Assembly: GCA_963801165.1 (NCBI GenBank)
Contig: CAWDDT010000006.1
Span: forward strand, 32,001-96,000
Origin: an uncultured bacterium
GTDB lineage: Bacteria; Actinomycetota; Acidimicrobiia; Spongiisociales; UBA5794
Direction of reading: 5' to 3'
Length of the DNA: 64,000 bases
The notes under the pieces are model-generated. The model had not been told where the DNA came from. It did not search any database and saw only the letters and a list, made by a program, of their open reading frames with translations. Shown in pieces: positions 10,741-21,066 of the stretch (the first letter of the stretch is position 1; the number at the start of each line of letters is the position of its first letter). Made by a program: the position numbers and the translations under genes.

Positions 10741-12093
10741 TCAAGCATCCGTGCCTGACTGTGTCCGTCTCAGCACCAGGGTGCCGATGGTGCCCGCGAT
10801 GAGCGATCCGGCGAAGATTCCCACCTTGGCGAGATCGCCCAGAGATGGATCGGTGAAGGCGAGGCCGGTAACGAACAGCGAGACGGTGAAACCGACCCCG
10901 GCGACCGCGGCAAGACCGACGATATGGCGCCAGGTTGTCCCCGGTGGTAGGCGGCCCAGGCCGAACCGCACTGTCGCCAGGGAAGCGGCGGAGATTCCCA
11001 CCACCTTGCCGAGCACCAGCCCTCCGCCTACGCCTAACGCCACCGGTGATGTGAGCGCCTCGGTCATGTCGACCCCGCGGAAGTCGACGCCGGCGTTGGC
11101 GAGGGCGAAGACCGGGATGATCACGAACGAACTCCATCCCACGAGGACGTGTTCCATGCGGCTGAGAGGCGACACCGACTCACCGGCGATCCTGGATATC
11201 AACAGCGTCAGGTGATCGATGTGCTCCTGCGGGTGCGGGATCTCTGCGTCGTCGGCGGGAAACCGTTCCATGATCGCTTGTGCCCGCTGCTCGAAGTCCT
11301 CTCTGTCGTAGTACGGCCGGGCGGGCGTGAGGAGGCCGAGCGCCACTCCGGCCAGGGTGGCGTGGACACCGGATTCGAGCGTCAGATACCAGATCACCAG
11401 GGCAAGCGGCACGTAGAACCAGAGTGCTCGCACCTGCACCTTGCTGGCCACCCACACCACGATAAGCCCGGCCACGGCCGCTGCCAGGTAGCCGGCCCTC
11501 AGGTCCGAGGTATAGAAGATGGCGATCACTGCAATGACGCCGATGTCGTCGACGACGGCGACCGCCAGCAGAAACAGCTTCGCACCCGGGGGGATGCGCG
11601 GCCCGACGAGCGCCACGATCCCGACGGCGAAGGCGATGTCTGTTGCCATCGGGATTCCCCAGCCCCCGGCGACTTCGGCGCCCTTGCCTGCCGTGACCAA
11701 CGCGTAGACGAGCGCAGGGAGGACCATCCCTCCCACGGCGGCCGTCACGGGAAGGATCGCCGCCTTGGGGTCCCGGAGATCACCCACAACCAGCTCGCGC
11801 TTTATCTCCAGACCGACCACGAAGAAGAAGACCGCCATCAGGCCGTCGTTGATCATGTGGAGGACGGACTCGTCGAGATGAAAGGAACCGAGTTCGACGA
11901 CCAGGTGGGTATCGAGAATCGCACGGTAAGTGTCCGAGCCTGCGCTGTTGGCCCAGAGCAGCGCAACGACGGCCGCGGCTAGCAGCACGATGCCAGAAGA
12001 AGCCTCGATCTGGCCGAACCGGAGGAGCGGCCTTATGAACGCCTTCGGTATGAACCTCTCCGACGTGGCCCAGGTTTGGTGAGTCGGTTTCAT
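10741..12093 (-). CDS. nhaA: Na+/H+ antiporter NhaA
   Basis: INDGLMAVFFFVVGLEIKRE, GWGIPMATDIAFA, VVDD, SGVHATLAG, GVGFTVSLF. Confidence 0.95.
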   Translation of the reverse strand: MKPTHQTWATSERFIPKAFIRPLLRFGQIEASSGIVLLAAAVVALLWANSAGSDTYRAILDTHLVVELGSFHLDESVLHMINDGLMAVFFFVVGLEIKRELVVGDLRDPKAAILPVTAAVGGMVLPALVYALVTAGKGAEVAGGWGIPMATDIAFAVGIVALVGPRIPPGAKLFLLAVAVVDDIGVIAVIAIFYTSDLRAGYLAAAVAGLIVVWVASKVQVRALWFYVPLALVIWYLTLESGVHATLAGVALGLLTPARPYYDREDFEQRAQAIMERFPADDAEIPHPQEHIDHLTLLISRIAGESVSPLSRMEHVLVGWSSFVIIPVFALANAGVDFRGVDMTEALTSPVALGVGGGLVLGKVVGISAASLATVRFGLGRLPPGTTWRHIVGLAAVAGVGFTVSLFVTGLAFTDPSLGDLAKVGIFAGSLIAGTIGTLVLRRTQSGTDA

Positions 12094-12301
12094 GTCAGCC
12101 ACCAGACTATCTCTCGACCCCGCCCGGTCGAGCCCCGATGACGGCAGACCACATCCGACCACATGAGGACCGGCAAATGACCGGGACACCGGTGACAAGC
12201 GGCGCTGAGAAGCCAGAACGCCGCGGATGATCGGTGGTAGATCTCGACGTCCTGTCGACGTCCGGCCATGACGTCCGCGGCTACATCACGACCCAAGATC
12301 T

Positions 12302-12997
12302 CTACAGGCCTCTACCAATGTCGGTCGACGGTTCACCGTCTACAGACACCTCGAGTCTCGACTCGCGGTCGATTCCGGTTGAACCTGAAGCCCACCGGCT
12401 TGGGTCCGCCGCACCCATGCGTATGGGGTAGCGCTCCTCACCCCAGTAGGCCTGAGGTTCACCCAGCACGGTGACCTCGAAGCCGAGGTGCTCGAACAGG
12501 TCGAGTATTTCACTGGTTGCGGTGCCCGCTGCCCAGCGAAAGCCAAGCTTGCGCATTAGCAGCCACGCAGTAGCGGAGAGTCCGCCGAGGACTCGATGCT
12601 CTCCGTCGCGATACGGTCGAGCGACGATGACGCGTCCGGCGCCTATCACCTCGCCGCGCGGTTCGACGACCAGCCCGTACGCCGCTTCGACCGGCAGCGG
12701 TCGGTCGTGCCGCGGGGGGATGAGCCTGAGGGTGCCGGCCAGGGTGTCACCGTCCCACGCTGCGATCTGTAGCGCCTGTTCGTCGTACTCGTCGCTCTCC
12801 GTGGGCTCGCGCAGGTCGTCGGGCGGAAGCCAGCCATGCTCGGTCACGATCTCGTGGCGGAGGCGGAAGACGGCATCGAGTTCAGCCGGCGTGGCGGCGA
12901 CAGAGAATTGGATCGGGTGAGCTCGGGCGATCAACCGCCGCGATAGTGCATCGGCCGAGTCCAGCCACCGCGGGTCCTCCGGTGCGGACCGCGTCAC
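12302..12997 (-). CDS. GNAT-fold N-acyltransferase (LuxI/FeeM/OlsB-like)
   Basis: GTG start overlaps upstream TGA; AVFRLRHEI..HGW...ESDEYD...AGTLRLIP...LPVE...GRVIV pattern of the acyl-ACP acyltransferase superfamily. Confidence 0.7.
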   Translation of the reverse strand: MTRSAPEDPRWLDSADALSRRLIARAHPIQFSVAATPAELDAVFRLRHEIVTEHGWLPPDDLREPTESDEYDEQALQIAAWDGDTLAGTLRLIPPRHDRPLPVEAAYGLVVEPRGEVIGAGRVIVARPYRDGEHRVLGGLSATAWLLMRKLGFRWAAGTATSEILDLFEHLGFEVTVLGEPQAYWGEERYPIRMGAADPSRWASGSTGIDRESRLEVSVDGEPSTDIGRGL

Positions 12998-13692
12998 TGC
13001 GCTGCAGCCCGCCGCCACAAGACCAGGCCGGTCCAGCCGTACCAGATGGGAGCCAATACGGTGGCCACGGCGACCACTCCGGTGAGGAAGGTAGGAGCCG
13101 CGGCACCCGAGCCGACAGCCGCCAGGACGCTCAGCAAGCCGATCGCCAAGCCTAGGTAGCACAGGACGGCGGGAAGCCGCCCGAGCCGCAGGGCGAGCAA
13201 ACTGACGAGGACGATGAAGGCACCGACTGCAAGGAATTGCCAATACCCCTGCAGGTCGAGACTGCTGCGCCAGGTCGCCAGGAGAGCGGCTTTCGTTGAC
13301 TCGTCACCAGCCACATACGCCGCCGCCAACTTCGGCAGGCGGCCCAGAGCGAAGAAGTAGCTCGCCGCAGTGACGGCATAGCCCACCGTGGCGATGGTCC
13401 CGATCCAACGCACGAGGCCCTCGTTCGCTTCTCTGACGAGCTGAGTCAGAGCGGGCACCAGTCCCAAGCCGAAGAGAGCGACGAGTGCGAGGAGAACGAA
13501 TTCGAGTTTCAACATGCCGGCGCCAGACGCGACGGACGGCAAGAGCTTGGCGCCTCCCACCGCGGCCCTCTGTGCGGATGGCATCGCCAGGTACGTAATC
13601 GCCGCAGCCAACGTGAGGCTTCCAGCCGCGACGCTGCACATAGCTCCGACCCGAAGCACGCTCGACTCACCGGCGGTTCGGTCATCTCCCAT
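12994..13692 (-). CDS. DUF4386-like membrane protein
   Basis: ~6 TM segments; GRLPAVLCYLGL motif; SD GGGAGAG and TACAAT upstream. Confidence 0.6.
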   Translation of the reverse strand: MGDDRTAGESSVLRVGAMCSVAAGSLTLAAAITYLAMPSAQRAAVGGAKLLPSVASGAGMLKLEFVLLALVALFGLGLVPALTQLVREANEGLVRWIGTIATVGYAVTAASYFFALGRLPKLAAAYVAGDESTKAALLATWRSSLDLQGYWQFLAVGAFIVLVSLLALRLGRLPAVLCYLGLAIGLLSVLAAVGSGAAAPTFLTGVVAVATVLAPIWYGWTGLVLWRRAAAQ

Positions 13693-14148
13693 GTCTATGC
13701 CTGCTCTCCCTTGACTCCCGAATTGTAGCGAGAGGGACTTTTGGTTGCTAGGGCGGCTCGAGGCGATCTCCGTGATCGCTTCGTAAGGCCTCCCGATCCA
13801 AACCGGGGCACGGGTGTTGGAGGTCTGTCAGTGTGTCATCACCGCTCAGACTCGAGTTGCTAGAGAAACGATCCAAAACTGGCGAAAGGCGATGGGCGTC
13901 GACACGCCGGTGAAATCGGGGGATGGCGCCCGGTTGGGACACAAGGGCGGACCTGTCGCCTCGCGGGTTTTATGCGAGCAGGCCGCGACCCCAGGAGGAC
14001 TAGAAACCTCCGGTGGTGACCGGGACCTACCGGTACTGAGATCCTGCCAAAGCGCCCACGACAGAAATCCCTTTGCGGGGTAGACGATTCACGGATTTGG
14101 CTCTCATCTAGGACCGCTCGCTCACTGACACCTACGCCCGGGCGGTAT

Positions 14149-15555
14149 TTAGCCCGACCACGCCGTGCACCGTGCGATGAGCGTGCCGTAATGGTGCTAG
14201 TTGGTCTCCCTGAGGGGCTGTACCTGCGCCCGCTCCTGGAACAGAACGATGATGTCCGATCCGCCGAAGGTGAAGTAGCCGAACACCTCTCCCTTCTGAC
14301 ACTCGTAGCCTCCCGGGCCGTACAGTGGTGAACCCGGCTCATCGTGCATGAGCTGGGCGGGGTGGGTCATGTTCACGCCCGAGACCTGGCACATGCCGAT
14401 CGGGACCACCGCCACGACGCCGATATCGCCGTAGGGCGAGCCGGCCATGTCGATCGTGATGACACCCCGGGCTTGCGTGAACTCGTAGCCCTCGCCGCCC
14501 TTGGCCGAGCCGGGCTCGGCCCCGTCGGGGGCGTTGAACTGGCCGGAAATACCGCCCTCGCCCCCAAGATCACGTTGAGAAACACTCTTGCGGCGACCGG
14601 GTAGCACTCCTTGACCGTCCCTGCCACCGGAGTGTGGAAACGATGATACGAGTATGGCGCCAGAAAGTAGTGGACGAAGTGGCCGTTGGCGAAAGCGTCG
14701 GCGTAGCCGCTTCCCTGGAGAAGATCGCGGACGTTGCCGATCCGGTGCGTGCCCTTGAGGGTGACCTCCTCGACATTGGAGTCTCCATCGATCGGGAAAT
14801 CTTGGTGGTAGCCGCAGTCGGCGGGAGACGTCACGTACGCGGTGTCGGTCGATTCCGCAATCGGGCGCAGGCCGGGATTTAACTCTCGTGCGAAGAACTG
14901 ATTGAACGTCAGCCAGCCGCTGGGGGCGTTCGGCCGCCACATGGGATCTGGCTGCGAGTCGTGGATCATTGCCTGCGAGTCGTGGATCATTGCCTGCGAG
15001 TCGTGGATCATTGCCTGCGAGTCGTGGATCATTGCCTGCGAGTCGTGGATCATATAGTCGTGCAACGAGTACCAAGGGTCGTCGGCGAATCCCTGAAGGA
15101 TCTCGTCGTTGAACGACTCGGGGGTGTCGAGATACTCTCCCCACGTTTGCGTATGCGACCAGCCACTCGCTGAACCAGGGGATGTTCTCAACCATCACGG
15201 AGTCGTTGTCGCCCACGGGCTGATCAACGAGCCAGTAGAAGTGGCAAAGCCGGTCGTACGCCTCCTGGTACTCGGACGTGCCCGGCCTCTTCCAGCCCTC
15301 GTGCCTGTTCTGTTGCGGTGTCCACCGATAGAACCAGCGGAGGTACTCGATGTACCCGTCGAAGTCCGTCGGCCACCCGAGTTTACCCTTCGGGGGCGTG
15401 ACCTTCAATGCCTGGTACAGGTCGGCATCGAGCCGCTCCATCCCTCGGCCGCCGCGCCGCGCGATATCGTTGGCCCGCTCGAGTGACGCCACCAGAAGTC
15501 GCTTGAAGTCACCATCGGATTTGTTAATCAGCTGTTGGATGAGGCTGTCAGCCAT
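14149..15555 (-). pseudogene. Phosphatidylserine decarboxylase-family proenzyme, disrupted
   Basis: AAGGAGG SD; TFNQFFARE, VTSPAD, YHRFHTPVAG, VPIGMCQVS, GYFTFGGSD motifs spread over two frames; frameshifts near 15145 and 14563; in-frame TAG at 14197 before HHYGTLIAR. Confidence 0.8.
14952..15053. repeat. 21-bp perfect tandem repeat (CTGCGAGTCGTGGATCATTGC, ~4.9 copies)
   Basis: Read directly from the sequence; encodes (MIHDSQA)n on the minus strand. Confidence 0.95.
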
Positions 15556-15960
15556 GGCGGGTTCCTCCTTGGAGGAGTAGTCGGTTCCCCGGTCACGAGG
15601 TCTTGATCGGCTGACGCCGGCCGACCGAGCGGTAGCGCCCATGCGGGAACTGGATCGGAAGCGTGGAATGTCGACAGCGGACGCCCCCTTCCAGAGCGCC
15701 CAGACGCGGCACGTCTCAACCGAGCGGACTCGCACGTCGGTCGGTTTGGCTGCCTGGGCGTGGACTCTCTGCAGGTCGTTTCGTCGTCCCTCACTGTCAC
15801 CAACGACCGCTCCTGGCCCGAACTCGAATTGATTCGGCGTCGAGACCGTCGCGACCCATCGTGGGTTGCCCGGGGTGAGATCTACGTCCATATTGCGGCT
15901 GAGCCGGCCCCGCGAGGTCACAACCATCTGCGTTTCGGTGGGGCGGTAGCATCAAGGCCC

Positions 15961-16647
15961 ATGGATGACACCATCCTCGCAATGGATGAGCTCGTCGCGC
16001 GGTGGGGTGACGCAGACCGGCGATCCATCTTTGTCCGCGCCTATCGGGAGATGACATCCAGCATGCTTGCCGCCATCGCAGCCGGAGAGTTCGAGGACGG
16101 CCATTGGGTGGAACGCTTGTTGGAGCGCTTCGCCGAATACTATTTCGAAGCTGTTGCACTCCATGCATCGGACCCCGACCGATGTCCCGCGGTCTGGCGC
16201 GTGGCTTTCGACGCCACCGCCGGGAGCGGACTCAGTTCCCTGCGGGCCTTGTTCCTCGGCATCAACGCCCACATCAACTACGACCTAGCGTTGTGCGTGG
16301 CAGATGTCATGGATGATTGGGCGAACCTGGACGACTGCACTCGAGAGTCGCGTCAGAACGACTACGAACGCGTCAACTCCGTGATAAAGCGAACGGTTGA
16401 CACCGTGCAAGACAAGGTCGTGGAACCGATCGCTCCCGGATGGGCGGTCGTTGATCTCCTCATGGGCCCGGTGGATGAGTGGTTGTTCTCAACGCTCATC
16501 GCCGACTGGCGCCACGATACATGGGACGATGCCTTGGCCCTCCTCGAGGCATCTCCCGACCTCGTCGGCCCCGTGCGAGTTCGGATCGAGGGCGAGGCCT
16601 TGGCCATGGCCGACAAGGTCGTACACCTCGGTCCGGATCGACTCTGA
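15961..16647 (+). CDS. DUF5995 family protein
   Basis: F..AY..MT, FEDGHWVERL..RFAEYY, LGINAHINYDL motif. Confidence 0.8.
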   Translation: MDDTILAMDELVARWGDADRRSIFVRAYREMTSSMLAAIAAGEFEDGHWVERLLERFAEYYFEAVALHASDPDRCPAVWRVAFDATAGSGLSSLRALFLGINAHINYDLALCVADVMDDWANLDDCTRESRQNDYERVNSVIKRTVDTVQDKVVEPIAPGWAVVDLLMGPVDEWLFSTLIADWRHDTWDDALALLEASPDLVGPVRVRIEGEALAMADKVVHLGPDRL

Positions 16648-16672
16648 GCACGTCGCCAAGGAAGTCGGAGGC

Positions 16673-17143
16673 TCAGCTCTCTGGGAAGATCACGCCGCGA
16701 TAGGAAACGTCGGCGTCGGTTGTCAGCCGAACGATCAGCGCGGCGGCATCGTCCTCGGTCAAACCGTGAGCCACCACGCTGAACCCGTCACCGGCTGACT
16801 TCTCCTTCACGAAGTGGTTGAAGCCATTGGCGGAAAGGACCGTCAGCGTCTCGTCGGCGGTTGCCTCATGGACTTGATGCTGGACCCGGACGAAAAACGT
16901 CCCGCTGTCCGTGTCGACCGCGGATCCGGAGGTTTCCGCTTCTATTGGAAAGGTAGTTCTGGTCGCAACATCGTTGCCGGACGAACCGCCGCACGCCGCA
17001 ACCAGCATGACAATAGCCAGGCATGCCGCAGGCAAGCGGATACGAAAGCGGGACCGGTAGAGGTTCTTGGATGAGTCCCGGATGGCTCCCGCCTCACATA
17101 TCACGTGTGGGACCGCTGGGTTCTTCTCGTATCGCCGACTCAT
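16673..17143 (-). CDS. Putative lipoprotein
   Basis: Lipobox LVAAC-GGS after a basic and hydrophobic stretch; ATG17143 lies 7 nt after a TACGTT -10 (leaderless candidate); true start could be later. Confidence 0.6.
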   Translation of the reverse strand: MSRRYEKNPAVPHVICEAGAIRDSSKNLYRSRFRIRLPAACLAIVMLVAACGGSSGNDVATRTTFPIEAETSGSAVDTDSGTFFVRVQHQVHEATADETLTVLSANGFNHFVKEKSAGDGFSVVAHGLTEDDAAALIVRLTTDADVSYRGVIFPES

Positions 17144-17150
17144 GGCACCT

Positions 17151-17182
17151 AACGTACGAAGGAGCGCTAAAGGATCACTTAA
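17151..17182 (-). promoter_or_regulatory. AfsR/SARP-type promoter: TTAAGTG-N4-TTTAGCG-N8-TACGTT
   Basis: Heptamer direct repeats at 11-bp period, 8 bp upstream of a -10 hexamer; adjacent to the AfsR-like gene. Confidence 0.65.
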
Positions 17183-17197
17183 GGGGAGTTCGCGCAG

Positions 17198-20047
17198 ATG
17201 AAGGGCGATTCGGAGGATCGGTTGACCGCAATCAGGATCATGGGCCCGATGAAGATCGAGGTCGACGCCGTCCAGATTCGGTTTCCTCCTGCGGCCCGGA
17301 GACTGTTGTCCATCTTGCTCGTGGATCCGGAAGCTGAGCTCTCCACCGACACGATCATCGATCGGATGTGGGGTGACGATGCCCCGGCGAGCGCCCGCAC
17401 CGCGCTTCATGTGCACATATCGAGTCTGCGCAAGCGTCTTCCCGGTGTCGTGGAGACCACCGGGGCGGGGTATCGGCTCGAAGAAGCACGGTTTCGCTCC
17501 GACCGTGCCCGCTTCGAGTCGTTCGCCCGGGACGCGCAAAGGGCCGGGCTCCGAGCTGAATGGGAGACGGTCAAAGACAAGGCGGGAGAGGCGCTGGAGC
17601 TCTGGCGTGGCGCGCCACTCACAGACGTGGCGGACGACGAGTTCGCGCTCGGCGAGATTGCCCGCCTCAACGAGATCCAGGTCGGGCTCTTAGAGTTGCA
17701 TATCGACGCCCTCCTTGAACTCGGTCGCAACGATGCGGCGGTCCCACGGTTGCGAAGGCTGATCGCCGACCATCCTCTCCACGAGAGGTTCCGCGAACAA
17801 CTGCTCCTGGCGCTGTACCGGAGCGGCAGGCAGAGCGAGGCGCTGCGGGAATACCAGGCACTACGGAAACAACTCGGCGAGGAGCTGGGGATCGAGCCGA
17901 ATGAAGCCATCAGGGATCTGGAAGAGCGGATCTTGATCCACGACCCGACCCTCGGTACGCAATCTTCGTTGGCGACGCCACACAACCTCCCGGAAACCAC
18001 CACCAGCTTCATCGGCCGACTCGAGGACGTGCGGGAGATCGTGCAGCGCTTTACCGAGACTCGTCTGATCACCGTGACCGGCGGACCGGGCTTCGGCAAG
18101 TCACGTCTCGCAGTGGAAGTGGGTCGCGCCCTTATGGAGAGCAGACCGGGCGGAATCTGGCTCGCCGAATTGGCAGGGGCCGACAGCTCGAGGTCACTAA
18201 CGGCGACGGTCGCCGCGGTCACCGGGGTTGGCGAGCAGATCGACACGCTCGAGCGTCTTGCGGATGCGGTTCGCTCCCGACCGATTCTCCTGATCCTCGA
18301 CAACTGTGAGCATCTGAAGGAACCGGTCCGCCGGCTGCTTGTGGCCTTATTGGCCAAGCCCGGAGCGTGTCGGGTGCTCGCCACCAGCAGAGTGCCCCTT
18401 TCCGTCCCTGGTGGGAGGATCCATCGGCTCGATCCGCTGGACACCGGGATAGATGAGTCCGTTGCCCTGCTGGTCGATCGCGTGCGCAGTGTGGATCGCT
18501 CTTTTGTTCCAGACCCGGACATCGCTGACGAGCTTGTCGCGTTGTCCCGGCGCCTAGGTGGTATCCCGCTCGGGATCGAGCTCGTGGCGAGGTGGATTCC
18601 CAGTCTGGGCGTGCGCGACACCGGTCGGCTGCTCGAACAGGTCCGCGGCGAGAATGCTCTCGAGACCGCCTTCGAGTGGAGCGCTCGGCTGATTCCACCG
18701 ACCGACTTCGAGCTCTTGTGCTCCGTCTCCGTGTTCGGCGCCCCATTCACTCTCGAGCGCGCTCAATCCGTTTGTGACGATCCCGACCTCCTTGCCACCG
18801 CCGGGTCGATATCGCGGCTCGTTGATGCGTCACTTCTGGCGGTCGAATGGTCCGGTGGGGGGACTCGGTACCGCATGCTGGAGCCGATTCGCCAACTCGC
18901 AGGTGTGCGCCTCGAACCCGGTCGGCGGGACTGGCTCGTCGCTCGTCATGCCGGTTCATACCTCGACTCGGCAGACTCGGTGACTGCGGCGTCGTCTCGA
19001 CCCGATCAATCTGCGGCGTTTGCCATGCTCGACGTCGAGATCCCCGACTACCGGGCGGCCCTTTCTCATCTTCGGTCGTCCGGTGATTGGGCCGGTCTCA
19101 CCAGGATTGCCGAGGCGCTGTCCCGCTACTGGTACTCGCGTTACCTGGGGTGGGAGGGTCGATCATGGTTGGACGAGGTACCGCTCGAGGAACTGGGCGA
19201 TACCGACAGGGGCCGGCTGCATCGCGTTTCCGGGTTCCTTGCGTGGGCCGTACACGATTACGAGACCGCGGATCGCCACTACATCGGGCTTTTGGACATC
19301 GGGCGCCGCACCAGCAACGACAAGACCATTGCCGATGCTCTTTACGGTCGCGGCCTCATCCACCAGAAGCGTCGATTTGAGAACGGTGCTGCAATGTTGG
19401 AGGAGGCGGCTTCGCTATACCGCGGAATGGACGACTGCCGACTCGAGTTGGGCCAATGTCTGCTGTTCCGGGGTCTCGATGAGGCATTGAACGGGGACGC
19501 GAGTCTGGGAGAGAGCCTGCTCGCGGAGGCGGTTGATCTGCTCGAGGACGCCGGGCATCTCCGCCAGGTTTCCAAGGCGGAGCGCTGGCGTGCTCATTCG
19601 GCCTGGCGACGCTCCGATCCGGAGACGGCACGCCATCATGCGGACCGTGCCGAGAGTCTGGCGCGGTCTGCAGGCGACCCAATCGCATTGGCCGGGGCCC
19701 TGGTCGAGCAGGCCAACATCGAGATCACCTGGGGCGACCCCGGCAGGGCAGCTCAGCATCTCAGCGAGGCGATGCACCCCATTCCCGCCGATGACGAGGT
19801 CGACACCGCCCAGGTGCTCATCTCCGTCGCCGGGTTGGCTCTTAGCGTCGGCAACGTCGCGCTGGCCGCATGCCTGGTGGCAACCATCGAGGACGTCTAT
19901 GAGCGATACGGGTGGCTCCCCCTTGATGCTTCCCCAACCGGCGGGGCACTAAAGGCACAGGTCGACGGGGTCTCCTCCACGACGGCAGATCCTGTCGCCG
20001 ACGCAGCACGTTTCCTCCATTCGGTGGCCGAATCATCGGGCTCCTGA
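17198..20047 (+). CDS. AfsR/SARP-family regulator (wHTH + BTAD + STAND NTPase + TPR)
   Basis: ALELWRGAPL, HPLHERFREQLLLALYRSGRQSEAL, HNLP..TSFIGR, Walker A GGPGFGKS, LILDNCEH, ATSR, GIPLGIEL. Confidence 0.93.
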   Translation: MKGDSEDRLTAIRIMGPMKIEVDAVQIRFPPAARRLLSILLVDPEAELSTDTIIDRMWGDDAPASARTALHVHISSLRKRLPGVVETTGAGYRLEEARFRSDRARFESFARDAQRAGLRAEWETVKDKAGEALELWRGAPLTDVADDEFALGEIARLNEIQVGLLELHIDALLELGRNDAAVPRLRRLIADHPLHERFREQLLLALYRSGRQSEALREYQALRKQLGEELGIEPNEAIRDLEERILIHDPTLGTQSSLATPHNLPETTTSFIGRLEDVREIVQRFTETRLITVTGGPGFGKSRLAVEVGRALMESRPGGIWLAELAGADSSRSLTATVAAVTGVGEQIDTLERLADAVRSRPILLILDNCEHLKEPVRRLLVALLAKPGACRVLATSRVPLSVPGGRIHRLDPLDTGIDESVALLVDRVRSVDRSFVPDPDIADELVALSRRLGGIPLGIELVARWIPSLGVRDTGRLLEQVRGENALETAFEWSARLIPPTDFELLCSVSVFGAPFTLERAQSVCDDPDLLATAGSISRLVDASLLAVEWSGGGTRYRMLEPIRQLAGVRLEPGRRDWLVARHAGSYLDSADSVTAASSRPDQSAAFAMLDVEIPDYRAALSHLRSSGDWAGLTRIAEALSRYWYSRYLGWEGRSWLDEVPLEELGDTDRGRLHRVSGFLAWAVHDYETADRHYIGLLDIGRRTSNDKTIADALYGRGLIHQKRRFENGAAMLEEAASLYRGMDDCRLELGQCLLFRGLDEALNGDASLGESLLAEAVDLLEDAGHLRQVSKAERWRAHSAWRRSDPETARHHADRAESLARSAGDPIALAGALVEQANIEITWGDPGRAAQHLSEAMHPIPADDEVDTAQVLISVAGLALSVGNVALAACLVATIEDVYERYGWLPLDASPTGGALKAQVDGVSSTTADPVADAARFLHSVAESSGS

Positions 20048-20078
20048 CTCAGTACCACCAGTGTTGCGCGAGGGCGTC

Positions 20079-20110
20079 TTTAGCGGTCGTTTAGTGCCGT
20101 CGCGTACCGT
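20079..20110 (+). promoter_or_regulatory. AfsR/SARP-type promoter: TTTAGCG-N4-TTTAGTG-N8-TACCGT
   Basis: Same geometry as the 17151-17182 site and as the Streptomyces afsS promoter. Confidence 0.7.
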
Positions 20111-20154
20111 CGGGCCAAAGCGGTTGGAATGGGGACGTAGTGGAGGGAATAGGA

Positions 20155-21042
20155 ATGGTTGTCTCGAGAAGGTCTTTAGGTCGGCTTGCTTGCTTGGCCG
20201 TATTGCTGGTCGTTCTGACGGCGTGTGGGGCGAACGATGTGGCGGAGCGTGTGGCAGAGGCAAGCAGCGGGGAAGATGTTGATGTCACCCTGGGCGACGA
20301 CGGATCATTCCGGGTGAGTACCGACGAGGGTGAGATGCAGCTCGGTGTGAACGAGCGCCCCGATTGGCTACCGAGCGACTTCTATCTCCCGCCCGACCTC
20401 GAGATCGTCGGTTCGAGCAGTAGCACCGAGACAGGAAGGAATGAACTCGGGGGCGCATCTCCGAGTCTCGACGCCGATCAGTTGATCGCCGACGTCCAGC
20501 AACACCTGCTCGACGCCGGCTATGAGTTGCTAAGCGAGGACGAGGTAAACAGGAGCGTGGTCTTTGCCAAGGGGGGCATTGGGCTGGTCAAGCTCGGCAC
20601 GACAGAGGGAATGATCGGATTCCCGGACGCCGGTGGTCTCTCCATCGTCATCGAACCAAATGCCGACCTCGACGAAGTCAGGCTCCAGTACGAGGCAGAG
20701 TCGGTCACCGAGGGGGAAGGGGTCGCCGTGGCGGACGGCGCGGAGTTCCGGACCACAGGCGAGTGCCGGATCCAGGGGCACAGCTTCTCCTTTACCGCCG
20801 GCGATGGGTCGATGGCGCTGCAAATCGACACGAGCACGACGCCGGTCTATGCAGCAGGTAACGTGGTCGACTTCTCAGTCGATCCGCCGGTCTTCTTCAT
20901 CATGGACACAACGCTACCGGGGGGCGAGGGTATCGAGTCGCAGACCGCCAAGTCCGGATTCTCCGCCACCGGCCCTATGAGGAACGGCATCGACACCGCT
21001 CAGGACCCGGTTCCGGGCTCGATCCAGGTGACCTGCGGGTAG
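20155..21042 (+). CDS. Putative lipoprotein of unknown function
   Basis: Signal peptide with lipobox VLTAC-G; acidic; C-terminal beta-rich domain ending VTCG. Confidence 0.75.
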   Translation: MVVSRRSLGRLACLAVLLVVLTACGANDVAERVAEASSGEDVDVTLGDDGSFRVSTDEGEMQLGVNERPDWLPSDFYLPPDLEIVGSSSSTETGRNELGGASPSLDADQLIADVQQHLLDAGYELLSEDEVNRSVVFAKGGIGLVKLGTTEGMIGFPDAGGLSIVIEPNADLDEVRLQYEAESVTEGEGVAVADGAEFRTTGECRIQGHSFSFTAGDGSMALQIDTSTTPVYAAGNVVDFSVDPPVFFIMDTTLPGGEGIESQTAKSGFSATGPMRNGIDTAQDPVPGSIQVTCG

Positions 21043-21066
21043 CGGGCCACTGAGGAGATCCTCGGG

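Noticed and set aside
14197-14199. In-frame TAG as pyrrolysine or programmed readthrough
   Set aside because: The gene has other lesions and no pyl machinery is visible; a nonsense mutation or base error is simpler
14952-15053. 21-bp repeats as a CRISPR array
   Set aside because: Head-to-tail with no spacers, intragenic, and no cas genes in the window
17407-18750. Long antisense or alternative-frame ORFs (also 2124-3179, 23961-25082, 35502-36605, 36773-38017, 56201-57409, 60730-61752)
   Set aside because: Shadow ORFs expected at high GC opposite well-supported genes; Arg/Pro/Ser-rich with no motifs
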